DNA of 64,000 nt from Eledone cirrhosa (Eukaryota), in NCBI GenBank assembly GCA_964016885.1, contig CAXHJY010000054.1, positions 62,001-126,000 on the forward strand, written 5' to 3'. Positions 36,484 through 48,400 of this stretch are shown here, piece by piece. Below the pieces are notes generated by a model. The model ran no database searches. It was given only the letters and a program-made list of their open reading frames with translations, and was not told the DNA's origin. The position numbers and the translations under genes are program-made. Every line of letters begins with the position of its first letter. Positions within the stretch are counted from its first letter, which is position 1.

Positions 36484-39400
36484 ATAGCTTAGCTTAGCTT
36501 AGCTTAGGATAGCTTAGCTTAGCTTAGCTTAGGATAGCTTAGGATAGCTTAGCTTAGGATAGCTTAGGATAGCTTAGCTTAGGATAGCTTAGGATAGCTT
36601 AGCTTAGGATAGCTTAGGATAGCTTAGCTTAGGATAGCTTAGCTTAGCTTAGGATAGCTTAGCTTAGCTTAGCTTAGGATAGCTTAGCTTAGCTTAGGAT
36701 AGCTTAGCTTAGCTTAGCTTAGCTTAGCTTAGCTTAGGATAGCTTAGCTTAGCTTAGGATAGCTTAGCTTAGGATAGCTTAGGATAGCTTAGCTTAGGAT
36801 AGCTTAGGATAGCTTAGCTTAGGATAGCTTAGCTTAGGATAGCTTAGGATAGCTTAGCTTAGGATAGCTTAGGATAGCTTAGCTTAGGATAGCTTAGCTT
36901 AGCTTAGCTTAGGATAGCTTAGCTTAGCTTAGCTTAGGATAGCTTAGCTTAGCTTAGCTTAGGATAGCTTAGCTTAGCTTAGCTTCGGATAGCTTAGGAT
37001 AGCTTAGCTTAGGATAGCTTAGCTTAGCTTAGCTTAGGATAGCTTAGCTTAGCTTAGCTTAGGATAGCTTAGCTTAGGATAGCTTAGGATAGCTTAGGAT
37101 AGCTTAGCTTAGCTTAGCTTAGGATAGCTTAGCTTAGCTTAGCTTAGGATAGCTTAGCTTAGCTTAGGATAGCTTAGCTTAGCTTAGCTTAGGATAGCTT
37201 AGCTTAGGATAGCTTAGGAAAGCTTAGCTTAGCTTAGCTTAGGATAGCTTAGCTTAGCTTAGCTTAGGTTAGCTTAGCTTAGCTTAGGATAGCTTAGCTT
37301 AGCTTAGCTTAGGATAGCTTAGCTTAGCTTAGCTTAGGATAGCTTAGGATAGCTTAGCTTAGGATAGCTTAGGATAGCTTAGCTTAGGATAGCTTAGGAT
37401 AGCTTAGCTTAGGATAGCTTAGGATAGCTTAGCTTAGGATAGCTTAGCTTAGCTTAGTATAGCTTAGCTTAGCTTAGGATAGCTTAGCTTAGCTTAGGAT
37501 AGCTTAGCTTAGCTTAGCTTAGGATAGCTTAGCTTAGCTTAGCTTAGGATAGCTTAGCTTAGCTTAGGATAGCTTAGCTTAGCTTAGGTTGGCTTAGCTT
37601 AGCTTAGCTTAGGATAGCTTATCTTAGGATAGCTTAGGATAGCTTAGCTTAGGATAGCTTAGGATAGCTTAGCTTAGGATAGCTTAGCTTAGGATAGCTT
37701 AGGATAGCTTAGCTTAGGATAGCTTAGGATAGCTTAGCTTAGGATAGCTTAGCTTAGCTTAGCTTAGGATAGCTTAGCTTAGCTTAGCTTAGGATAGCTT
37801 AGCTTAGCTTAGCTTAGGATAGCTTAGCTTAGCTTAGCTTCGGATAGCTTAGGATAGCTTAGCTTAGGATAGCTTAGCTTAGGATAGCTTAGGATAGCTT
37901 AGCTTAGGATAGCTTAGCTTAGGATAGCTTAGGATAGCTTAGCTTAGGATAGCTTAGGATAGCTTAGCTTAGGATAGCTTAGCTTAGCTTAGCTTAGGAT
38001 AGCTTAGCTTAGCTTAGCTTCGGATAGCTTAGGATAGCTTAGCTTAGGATAGCTTAGCTTAGCTTAGCTTAGGATAGCTTAGCTTAGCTTAGCTTAGGAT
38101 AGCTTAGCTTAGCTTAGCTTCGGATAGCTTAGGATAGCTTAGCTTAGGATAGCTTAGGATAGCTTAGGATAGCTTAGCTTAGCTTAGCTTAGGATAGCTT
38201 AGCTTAGCTTAGCTTAGGATAGCTTAGCTTAGCTTAGCTTAGGATAGCTTAGCTTAGGTTGGCTTAGCTTAGCTTAGCTTAGGATAGCTTAGCTTAGGAT
38301 AGCTTAGGATAGCTTAGCTTAGGATAGCTTAGGATAGGATAGCTTAGCTTAGCTTAGGATAGCTTAGGATAGCTTAGCTTAGGATAGCTTAGGATAGCTT
38401 AGCTTAGGATAGCTTAGCTTAGCTTAGCTTAGGATAGCTTAGCTTAGCTTAGCTTAGGATAGCTTAGCTTAGCTTAGCTTAGGATAGCTTAGCTTAGCTT
38501 AGCTTCGGATAGCTTAGGATAGCTTAGCTTTGGATAGCTTAGCTTAGCTTAGCTTAGGATAGCTTAGCTTAGCTTAGCTTAGGATAGCTTAGCTTAGCTT
38601 AGCTTAGGATAGCTTAGGATAGCTTAGCTTAGGATAGCTTAGGATAGCTTAGGATAGCTTAGCTTAGCTTAGCTTAGGATAGCTTAGCTTAGCTTAGCTT
38701 AGGATAGCTTAGCTTAGCTTAGGATAGCTTAGCTTAGCTTAGCTTAGGATAGCTTAGCTTAGCTTAGCTTAGGATAGCTTAGGATAGCTTAGCTTAGGAT
38801 AGCTTAGCTTAGGATAGCTTACCTTAGGAGAGCTTAGCTTAGGATAGCTTAGCTTAGGATAGCTTAGGATAGCTTAGCTTAGGATAGCTTAGCTTAGGAT
38901 AGCTTAGCTTAGGATAGCTTAGGATAGCTTAGCTTAGCTTAGCTTAGGATAGCTTAGCTTAGCTTAGCTTAGGATAGCTTAGGATAGCTTAGCTTAGGAT
39001 AGCTTAGCTTAGCTTAGCTTAGGATAGCTTAGCTTAGCTTAGCTTCGGATAGCTTAGGATAGCTTAGCTTAGGATAGCTTAGCTTAGCTTAGCTTAGGAT
39101 AGCTTAGCTTAGCTTAGCTTAGGATAGCTTAGCTTAGGATAGCTTAGGATAGCTTAGCTTAGCTTAGCTTAGGATAGCTTAGCTTAGCTTAGCTTAGGAT
39201 AGCTTAGCTTAGCTTAGCTTAGGATAGCTTAGCTTAGCTTAGCTTCGGATAGCTTAGGATAGCTTAGCTTAGGATAGCTTAGCTTAGCTTAGCTTAGGAT
39301 AGCTTAGCTTAGCTTAGCTTAGGATAGCTTAGCTTAGGATAGCTTAGGATAGCTTAGGATAGCTTAGCTTAGCTTAGCTTAGGATAGCTTAGCTTAGCTT

Positions 39401-42400
39401 AGCTTAGGATAGCTTAGCTTAGCTTAGGATAGCTTAGCTTAGCTTAGCTTAGGATAGCTTAGCTTAGGATAGCTTAGGAAAGCTTAGCTTAGCTTAGCTT
39501 AGGATAGCTTAGCTTAGCTTAGCTTAGGTTAGCTTAGCTTAGCTTAGGATAGCTTAGCTTAGCTTAGGATAGCTTAGCTTAGCTTAGCTTAGGATAGCTT
39601 AGCTTAGCTTAGCTTAGGATAGCTTAGGATAGCTTAGCTTAGGATAGCTTAGGCTAGCTTAGGATAGCTTAGCTTAGCTTAGCTTAGGATAGCTTAGCTT
39701 AGCTTAGCTTAGGATAGCTTAGCTTAGCTTAGCTTAGGTAGCTTAGCTTAGCTTAGCTTAGGATAGCTTAGCTTAGCTTAGCTTAGGATAGCTTAGCTTA
39801 GCTTAGCTTAGCTTAGCTTAGCTTAGCTTAGCTTAGCTTAGGATAGCTTAGCTTAGCTTAGGATAGCTTACCTTAGGAGAGCTTAGCTTAGGATAGCTTA
39901 GCTTAGCTTAGCTTAGGATAGCTTAGCTTAGCTTAGGATAGCTTAGCTTAGCTTAGCTTAGGATAGCTTAGCTTAGCTTAGCTTAGGATAGCTTAGCTTA
40001 GCTTAGGATAGCTTAGCTTAGGATAGCTTAGGATAGCTTAGCTTAGGATAGCTTAGGATAGCTTAGCTTAGGATAGCTTAGCTTAGGATAGCTTAGGATA
40101 GCTTAGCTTAGGATAGCTTAGGATAGCTTAGCTTAGGATAGCTTAGCTTAGCTTAGCTTAGGATAGCTTAGCTTAGCTTAGCTTAGGATAGCTTAGCTTA
40201 GCTTAGCTTAGGATAGCTTAGCTTAGCTTAGCTTCGGATAGCTTAGGATAGCTTAGCTTAGGATAGCTTAGCTTAGCTTAGCTTAGGATAGCTTAGCTTA
40301 GCTTAGCTTAGGATAGCTTAGCTTAGGATAGCTTAGGATAGCTTAGGATAGCTTAGCTTAGCTTAGCTTAGGATAGCTTAGCTTAGCTTAGCTTAGGATA
40401 GCTTAGCTTAGCTTAGCTTAGCTTAGCTTAGGTAGCTTAGCTTAGCTTAGCTTAGGATAGCTTAGCTTAGCTTAGCTTAGGATAGCTTAGCTTAGCTTAG
40501 CTTAGCTTAGCTTAGCTTAGCTTAGCTTAGCTTAGGATAGCTTAGCTTAGCTTAGGATAGCTTACCTTAGGAGAGCTTAGCTTAGGATAGCTTAGCTTAG
40601 GATAGCTTAGGATAGCTTAGCTTAGGATAGCTTAGCTTAGGATAGCTTAGCTTAGCTTAGCTTAGGATAGCTTAGGATAGCTTAGCTTAGCTTAGCTTAG
40701 GATAGCTTAGCTTAGCTTAGCTTAGGATAGCTTAGCTTAGCTTAGCTTAGGTAGCTTAGCTTAGCTTAGCTTAGGATAGCTTAGCTTAGCTTAGCTTAGG
40801 ATAGCTTAGCTTAGCTTAGCTTAGCTTAGCTTAGCTTAGCTTAGCTTAGGATAGCTTAGCTTAGCTTAGGATAGCTTACCTTAGGAGAGCTTAGCTTAGG
40901 ATAGCTTAGCTTAGGATAGCTTAGGATAGCTTAGCTTAGGATAGCTTAGCTTAGGATAGCTTAGCTTAGCTTAGCTTAGGATAGCTTAGGATAGCTTAGC
41001 TTAGCTTAGCTTAGGATAGCTTAGCTTAGCTTAGCTTAGGATAGCTTAGCTTAGCTTAGCTTAGGTAGCTTAGCTTAGCTTAGCTTAGGATAGCTTAGCT
41101 TAGCTTAGCTTAGGATAGCTTAGCTTAGCTTAGCTTAGCTTAGCTTAGCTTAGCTTAGCTTAGCTTAGGATAGCTTAGCTTAGCTTAGGATAGCTTACCT
41201 TAGCTTAGCTTAGGATAGCTTAGCTTAGCTTAGCTTAGGATAGCTTAGCTTAGCTTAGGATAGCTTAGCTTAGGATAGCTTAGGATAGCTTAGCTTAGGA
41301 TAGCTTAGGATAGCTTAGCTTAGGATAGCTTAGGTAGCTTAGCTTAGCTTAGCTTAGGATAGCTTAGCTTAGCTTAGCTTAGGATAGCTTAGCTTAGCTT
41401 AGCTTAGCTTAGCTTAGCTTAGCTTAGCTTAGCTTAGGATAGCTTAGCTTAGCTTAGGATAGCTTACCTTAGGAGAGCTTAGCTTAGGATAGCTTAGCTT
41501 AGGATAGCTTAGGATAGCTTAGCTTAGGATAGCTTAGCTTAGGATAGCTTAGCTTAGGATAGCTTAGGATAGCTTAGCTTAGCTTAGCTTAGGATAGCTT
41601 AGCTTAGGATAGCTTAGCTTAGCTTAGCTTAGGATAGCTTAGCTTAGCTTAGCTTCGGATAGCTTAGGATAGCTTAGCTTAGGATAGCTTAGCTTAGCTT
41701 AGCTTAGGATAGCTTAGCTTAGCTTAGCTTAGGATAGCTTAGCTTAGGATAGCTTAGGATAGCTTAGCTTAGCTTAGCTTAGGATAGCTTAGCTTAGCTT
41801 AGCTTAGGATAGCTTAGGATAGCTTAGCTTAGGTTAGCTTAGCTTAGGATAGCTTAGGATAGCTTAGCTTAGGATAGCTTAGGATAGCTTAGCTTAGGAT
41901 AGCTTAGGATAGCTTAGCTTAGCTTAGGATAGCTTAGGATAGATTAGCTTAGGATAGCTTAGCTTAGGATAGCTTAGCTTAGGATAGCTTAGCTTAGCTT
42001 AGCTTAGCTTAGCTTAGGATAGCTTAGGATAGCTTAGCTTCGGATAGCTTAGGATAGCTTAGCTTAGGATAGATTAGGATAGCTTAGCTTAGGATAGCTT
42101 AGGATAGCTTAGCTTAGGATAGCTTAGGAAAGCTTAGCTTAGCTTAGCTTAGGATAGCTTAGCTTAGCTTAGCTTAGGATAGCTTAGCTTAGCTTAGTTT
42201 AGGATAGCTTAGCTTAGCTTAGCTTAGCTTAGGATAGCTTTGCTTAGCTTAGCTTAGGATAAATTAGCTTAGGATAGCTTAGTTTAGGATAGCTTAGCTT
42301 AGCTTAGCTTAGGATAGCTTAGCTTAGCTTAGCTTAGGATAGCTTAGCTTAGCTTAGCTTAGGATAGCTTAGCTTAGCTTAGCTTAGGATAGCTTAGCTA

Positions 42401-45400
42401 AGCTTAGCTTAGCTTAGGATAGCTTAGCTTAGCTTAGCTTAGCTTAGCTTAGCTTGGCTTAGGATAGCTTAGCTTAGCTTAGCTTAGGATAGCTTAGCTT
42501 AGCTTAGCTTAGCTTAGCTTAGGATAGCTTAGGATAGCTTAGCTTAGGATAGCTTAGGATAGATTAGCTTAGCTTAGCTTAGGATAGCTTAGCTTAGCTT
42601 AGCTTAGGATAGCTTAGCTTAGCTTAGGATAGCTTAGCTTAGCTTAGCTTAGGATAGCTTAGCTTAGCTTAGCTTAGGATAGCTTAGCTTAGCTTAGCTT
42701 AGGATAGCTTAGCTTAGCTTAGGATAGCTTAGCTTAGCTTAGGATAGCTTAGGATAGCTTAGCTTAGCTTAGGATAGCTTAGGATAGCTTAGCTTAGGAT
42801 AGCTTAGGATAGCTTAGCTTAGGATAGCTTAGGATAGCTTAGCTTAGGATAGCTTAGGATAGCTTAGCTTAGGATAGCTTAGGATAGCTTAGCTTAGGAT
42901 AGCTTAGCTTAGGATAGCTTAGGATAGATTAGCTTAGCTTAGCTTAGGATAGCTTAGCTTAGCTTAGCTTAGGATAGCTTAGCTTAGCTTAGGATAGCTT
43001 AGCTTAGCTTAGCTTAGGATAGCTTAGCTTAGCTTAGCTTAGGATAGCTTAGCTTAGCTTAGCTTAGGATAGCTTAGCTTAGCTTAGGATAGCTTAGCTT
43101 AGCTTAGGATAGCTTAGGATAGCTTAGCTTAGCTTAGGATAGCTTAGGATAGCTTAGGATAGCTTAGCTTAGGATAGCTTAGGATAGCTTAGCTTAGCTT
43201 AGGATAGCTTAGCTTAGCTTAGCTTAGGATAGCTTAGGATAGCTTAGGATAGCTTAGCTTAGGATAGCTTAGCTTAGGATAGCTTAGCTTAGCTTAGCTT
43301 AGGATAGCTTAGCTTAGGATAGCTTAGGATAGCTTAGCTTAGGATAGCTTAGCTTAGGATAGCTTAGGATAGCTTAGCTTAGCTTAGCTTAGCTTAGCTT
43401 AGCTTAGCTTAGGATAGCTTAGCTTAGCTTAGCTTAGGATAGCTTAGCTTAGCTTAGGATAGCTTAGCTTAGCTTAGCTTAGGATAGCTTAGCTTAGCTT
43501 AGCTTAGCTTAGCTTAGCTTAGGATAGCTTAGCTTAGCTTAGCTTAGGATAGCTTAGCTTAGGATAGCTTAGCTTAGCTTTGCTTAGGATAGCTTAGCTT
43601 AGGATAGCTTAGCTTAGGTTAGCTTAGCTTAGCTTAGCTTAGCATAGCTTAGGATAGCTTAGCTTAGGATAGCTTAGCTTAGCTTAGCTTAGGATAGCTT
43701 AGCTTAGCTTAGCTTAGGATAGCTTAGCTTAGCTTAGGATAGCTTAGCTTAGCTTAGCTTAGGATAGCTTAGCTTAGCTTAGCTTAGGATAGCTTAGCTT
43801 AGCTTAGGATAGCTTAGCTTAGCTTAGCTTAGGATAGCTTAGCTTAGCTTAGCTTAGGATCGCTTAGCTTAGCTTAGCTTAGGATAGCTTAGCTTAACTT
43901 AGCTTAGGATAGCTTAGCTTAGCTTAGCTTAGGATAGCTTAGTTTAGCTTAGCTTAGGATAGCTTAGCTTAGCTTAGCTTAGGATCGCTTAGCTTAGCTT
44001 AGCTTAGGATAGCTTAGCTTAGCTTAGCTTAGCTTAGCTTAGGATAGCTTAGCTTAGGATAGCTTAGCTTAGCTTAGGATAGCTTAGCTTAGCTTAGCTT
44101 AGGATAGCTTAGCTTAGCTTAGGATAGCTTAGGATAGCTTAGCTTAGGAGAGCTTAGCTTAGCTTAGCTTAGGATAGCTTAGCTTAACTTAGCTTAGGAT
44201 AGCTTAGCTTAGCTTAGCTTAGGATAGCTTAGCTTAGCTTAGCTTAGGATAGCTTAGCTTAGCTTAGGATAGCTTAGCTTAGCTTAGCTTAGGATAGCTT
44301 AGGATAGCTTACCTTAGGAGAGCTTAGCTTAGGATAGCTTAGCTTAGGATAGCTTAGGATAGCTTAGGATAGCTTAGCTTAGGATAGCTTAGCTTAGCTT
44401 AGCTTAGGATAGCTTAGGATAGCTTAGCTTAGGATAGTTTAGGATAGCTTAGCTTAGGATAGCTTAGGATAGCTTAGCTTAGGATAGCTTAGGATAGCTT
44501 AGCTTAGGATAGCTTAGCTTAGCTTAGCTTAGGATAGCTTAGCTTAGGATAGCTTAGGATAGCTTAGCTTAGGATAGCTTAGCTTAGGATAGCTTAGGAT
44601 AGCTTAGCTTAGCTTAGCTTAGCTTAGCTTAGCTTAGCTTAGGATAGCTTAGCTTAGCTTAGCTTAGGATAGCTTAGCTTAGCTTAGCTTAGGATAGCTT
44701 AGCTTAGCTTAGCTTAGCTTAGCTTAGCTTAGCTTAGGATAGCTTAGCTTAGCTTAGCTTAGGATAGCTTAGCTTAGCTTAGCTTAGGATAGCTTAGCTT
44801 AGGATAGCTTAGGATAGCTTAGCTTAGCTTAGCTTAGGATAGCTTAGCTTAGGATAGCTTAGGATAGCTTAGCTTAGCTTAGCTTAGGATAGCTTAGCTT
44901 AGCTTAGCTTAGGATAGCTTAGCTTAGCTTAGGATAGCTTAGCTTAGCTTAGCTTAGGATAGCTTAGCTTAGCTTAGCTTAGGATAGCTTAGCTTAGCTT
45001 AGCTTTGCTTAGGATAGCTTAGTTTAGCTTAGCTTAGGATAGCTTAGCTTAGCTTAGCTTAGGATAGCTTAGCTTAGCTTAGCTTAGGATAGCTTAGCTT
45101 AGCTTAGCTTAGCTTAGCTTAGCTTAGGATAGCTTAGCTTAGCTTAGCTTAGGATAGCTTAGCTTAGCTTAGCTTAGGATAGCTTAGCTTAGCTTAGCTT
45201 AGCTTAGGATAGCTTAGCTTAGGATAGCTTAGGATAGCTTAGCTTAGCTTAGCTTAGGATAGCTTAGCTTAGCTTAGCTTAGGATAGCTTAGCTTAGGAT
45301 AGCTTAGCTTAGGATAGCTTAGCTTAGGATAGCTTAGGATAGCTTAGCTTAGGATAGCTTAGGATAGCTTAGCTTAGGATAGCTTAGCTTAGGATAGCTT

Positions 45401-48400
45401 AGGATAGCTTAGCTTAACTTAGCTTAGCTTAGGATAGCTTAGCTTAGCTTAGGATAGCTTAGCTTAGCTTAGCTTAGGATAGCTTAGGATAGATTAGCTT
45501 AGGATAGCTTAGCTTAGGATAGCTTAGTATAGCTTAGCTTAGCTTAGCTTAGGATAGCTTAGGATAGCTTAGGATAGATTAGCTTAGGATAGCTTAGCTT
45601 AGGATAGATTAGGATAGCTTAGCTTAGGATAGCTTAGGATAGCTTAGCTTAGGATAGCTTAGCTTAGGATAGCTTAGGATAGCTTAGCTTAACTTAGCTT
45701 AGCTTAGGATAGCTTAGCTTAGCTTAGCTTAGGATAGCTTAGCTTAGCTTAGCTTAGGATAGCTTAGGATAGATTAGCTTAGGATAGCTTAGCTTAGGAT
45801 AGCTTAGCTTAGGATAGCTTAGCTTAGCTTAGCTTAGCTTAGCTTAGGATAGCTTAGGATAGCTTAGCTTCGGATAGCTTAGGATAGCTTAGCTTAGGAT
45901 AGATTAGGATAGCTTAGCTTAGGATAGCTTAGGATAGCTTAGCTTAGGATAGCTTAGCTTAGGATAGCTTAGCTTAGGATAGCTTAGGATAGCTTAGCTT
46001 AGCTTAGCTTAGGATAGCTTAGCTTAGCTTAGCTTAGGATAGCTTAGCTTAGCTTAGGATAGCTTAGCTTAGCTTAGGATAGCTTAGCTTAGCTTAGCTT
46101 AGGATAGCTTAGCTTAGCTTAGCTTAGGATAGCTTAGCTTAGCTTAGCTTAGGATAGCTTAGCTTAGGATAGCTTAGGATAGCTTAGCTTAGGATAGCTT
46201 AGGATAGCTTAGCTTAGGATAGCTTAGCTTAGCTTAGCTTAGGTAGCTTAGCTTAGCTTAGGATAGCTTAGCTTAGCTTAGCTTAGGATAGCTTAGCTTA
46301 GGATAGCTTAGGAAAGCTTAGCTTAGCTTAGCTTAGGATAGCTTAGCTTAGCTTAGCTTAGGATAGCTTAGCTTAGCTTAGTTTAGGATAGCTTAGCTTA
46401 GCTTAGCTTAGCTTAGGATAGCTTTGCTTAGCTTAGCTTAGGATAAATTAGCTTAGGATAGCTTAGTTTAGGATAGCTTAGCTTAGCTTAGCTTAGGATA
46501 GCTTAGCTTAGCTTAGCTTAGGATAGCTTAGCTTAGCTTAGCTTAGGATAGCTTAGCTTAGCTTAGCTTAGGATAGCTTAGCTAAGCTTAGCTTAGCTTA
46601 GGATAGCTTAGCTTAGCTTAGCTTAGCTTAGCTTAGCTTGGCTTAGGATAGCTTAGCTTAGCTTAGCTTAGGATAGCTTAGCTTAGCTTAGCTTAGCTTA
46701 GCTTAGGATAGCTTAGGATAGCTTAGCTTAGGATAGCTTAGGATAGATTAGCTTAGCTTAGCTTAGGATAGCTTAGCTTAGCTTAGCTTAGGATAGCTTA
46801 GCTTAGCTTAGGATAGCTTAGCTTAGCTTAGCTTAGGATAGCTTAGCTTAGCTTAGCTTAGGATAGCTTAGCTTAGCTTAGCTTAGGATAGCTTAGCTTA
46901 GCTTAGGATAGCTTAGCTTAGCTTAGGATAGCTTAGGATAGCTTAGCTTAGCTTAGGATAGCTTAGGATAGCTTAGCTTAGGATAGCTTAGGATAGCTTA
47001 GCTTAGGATAGCTTAGGATAGCTTAGCTTAGGATAGCTTAGGATAGCTTAGCTTAGGATAGCTTAGCTTAGGATAGCTTAGGATAGATTAGCTTAGCTTA
47101 GCTTAGGATAGCTTAGCTTAGCTTAGCTTAGGATAGCTTAGCTTAGCTTAGGATAGCTTAGCTTAGCTTAGCTTAGGATAGCTTAGCTTAGCTTAGCTTA
47201 GGATAGCTTAGCTTAGCTTAGCTTAGGATAGCTTAGCTTAGCTTAGGATAGCTTAGCTTAGCTTAGGATAGCTTAGGATAGCTTAGCTTAGCTTAGGATA
47301 GCTTAGGATAGCTTAGGATAGCTTAGCTTAGGATAGCTTAGGATAGCTTAGCTTAGCTTAGGATAGCTTAGCTTAGCTTAGCTTAGGATAGCTTAGCTTA
47401 GCTTAGCTTAGGATAGCTTAGCTTAGGTTAGCTTAGCTTAGCTTAGCTTAGGATAGGTTAGCTTAGGATAGCTTAGGATTGCTTAGCTTAGCTTAGCTTA
47501 GGATAGCTTAGCTTAGCTTAGCTTAGGATAGCTTAGCTTAGCTTAGGATAGCTTAGCTTAGCTTAGCTTAGGATAGCTTAGCTTAGCTTAGCTTAGGATA
47601 GCTTAGCTTAGCTTAGCTTAGGATAGCTTAGCTTAGCTTAGGATAGCTTAGCTTAGCTTAGCTTAGGATAGCTTAGCTTAGCTTAGGATAGCTTAGCTTA
47701 GCTTAGCTTAGGATAGCTTAGCTTAGCTTAGCTTAGGTAGCTTAGCTTAGCTTAGCTTAGGATAGCTTAGCTTAGCTTAGCTTAGGATAGCTTAGCTTAG
47801 CTTAGCTTAGCTTAGCTTAGCTTAGCTTAGCTTAGCTTAGCTTAGGATAGCTTAGCTTAGCTTAGGATAGCTTACCTTAGGAGAGCTTAGCTTAGGATAG
47901 CTTAGCTTAGGATAGCTTAGCTTAGCTTAGGATAGCTTAGCTTAGCTTAGCTTAGGATAGCTTAGGATAGCTTAGCTTAGGATAGCTTAGGATAGCTTAG
48001 GATAGCTTAGCTTAGGATAGCTTAGCTTAGCTTAGCTTAGGATAGCTTAGCTTAGCTTAGCTTAGGATAGCTTAGGATAGCTTAGCTTAGGATAGCTTAG
48101 GATAGCTTAGCTTAGGATAGCTTAGGATAGCTTAGCTTAGGATAGCTTAGGATAGCTTAGCTTAGGATAGCTTAGGATAGCTTAGCTTAGGATAGCTTAG
48201 CTTAGCTTAGGATAGCTTAGCTTAGCTTAGCTTAGGATAGCTTAGCTTAGCTTAGGATAGCTTAGCTTAGCTTAGCTTAGGATAGCTTAGCTTAGCTTAG
48301 GATAGCTTAGCTTAGGATAGCTTAGGATAGCTTAGCTTAGGATAGCTTAGCTTAGGATAGCTTAGGATAGCTTAGCTTAGGATAGCTTAGGATAGCTTAG

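Noticed and set aside
36400-36540. End-to-end telomere fusion site
   Set aside because: A fusion would read (TTAGG-type)n then (CCTAA-type)n. Here the order is the reverse, and the arms are copies of one another rather than two independent telomeres.
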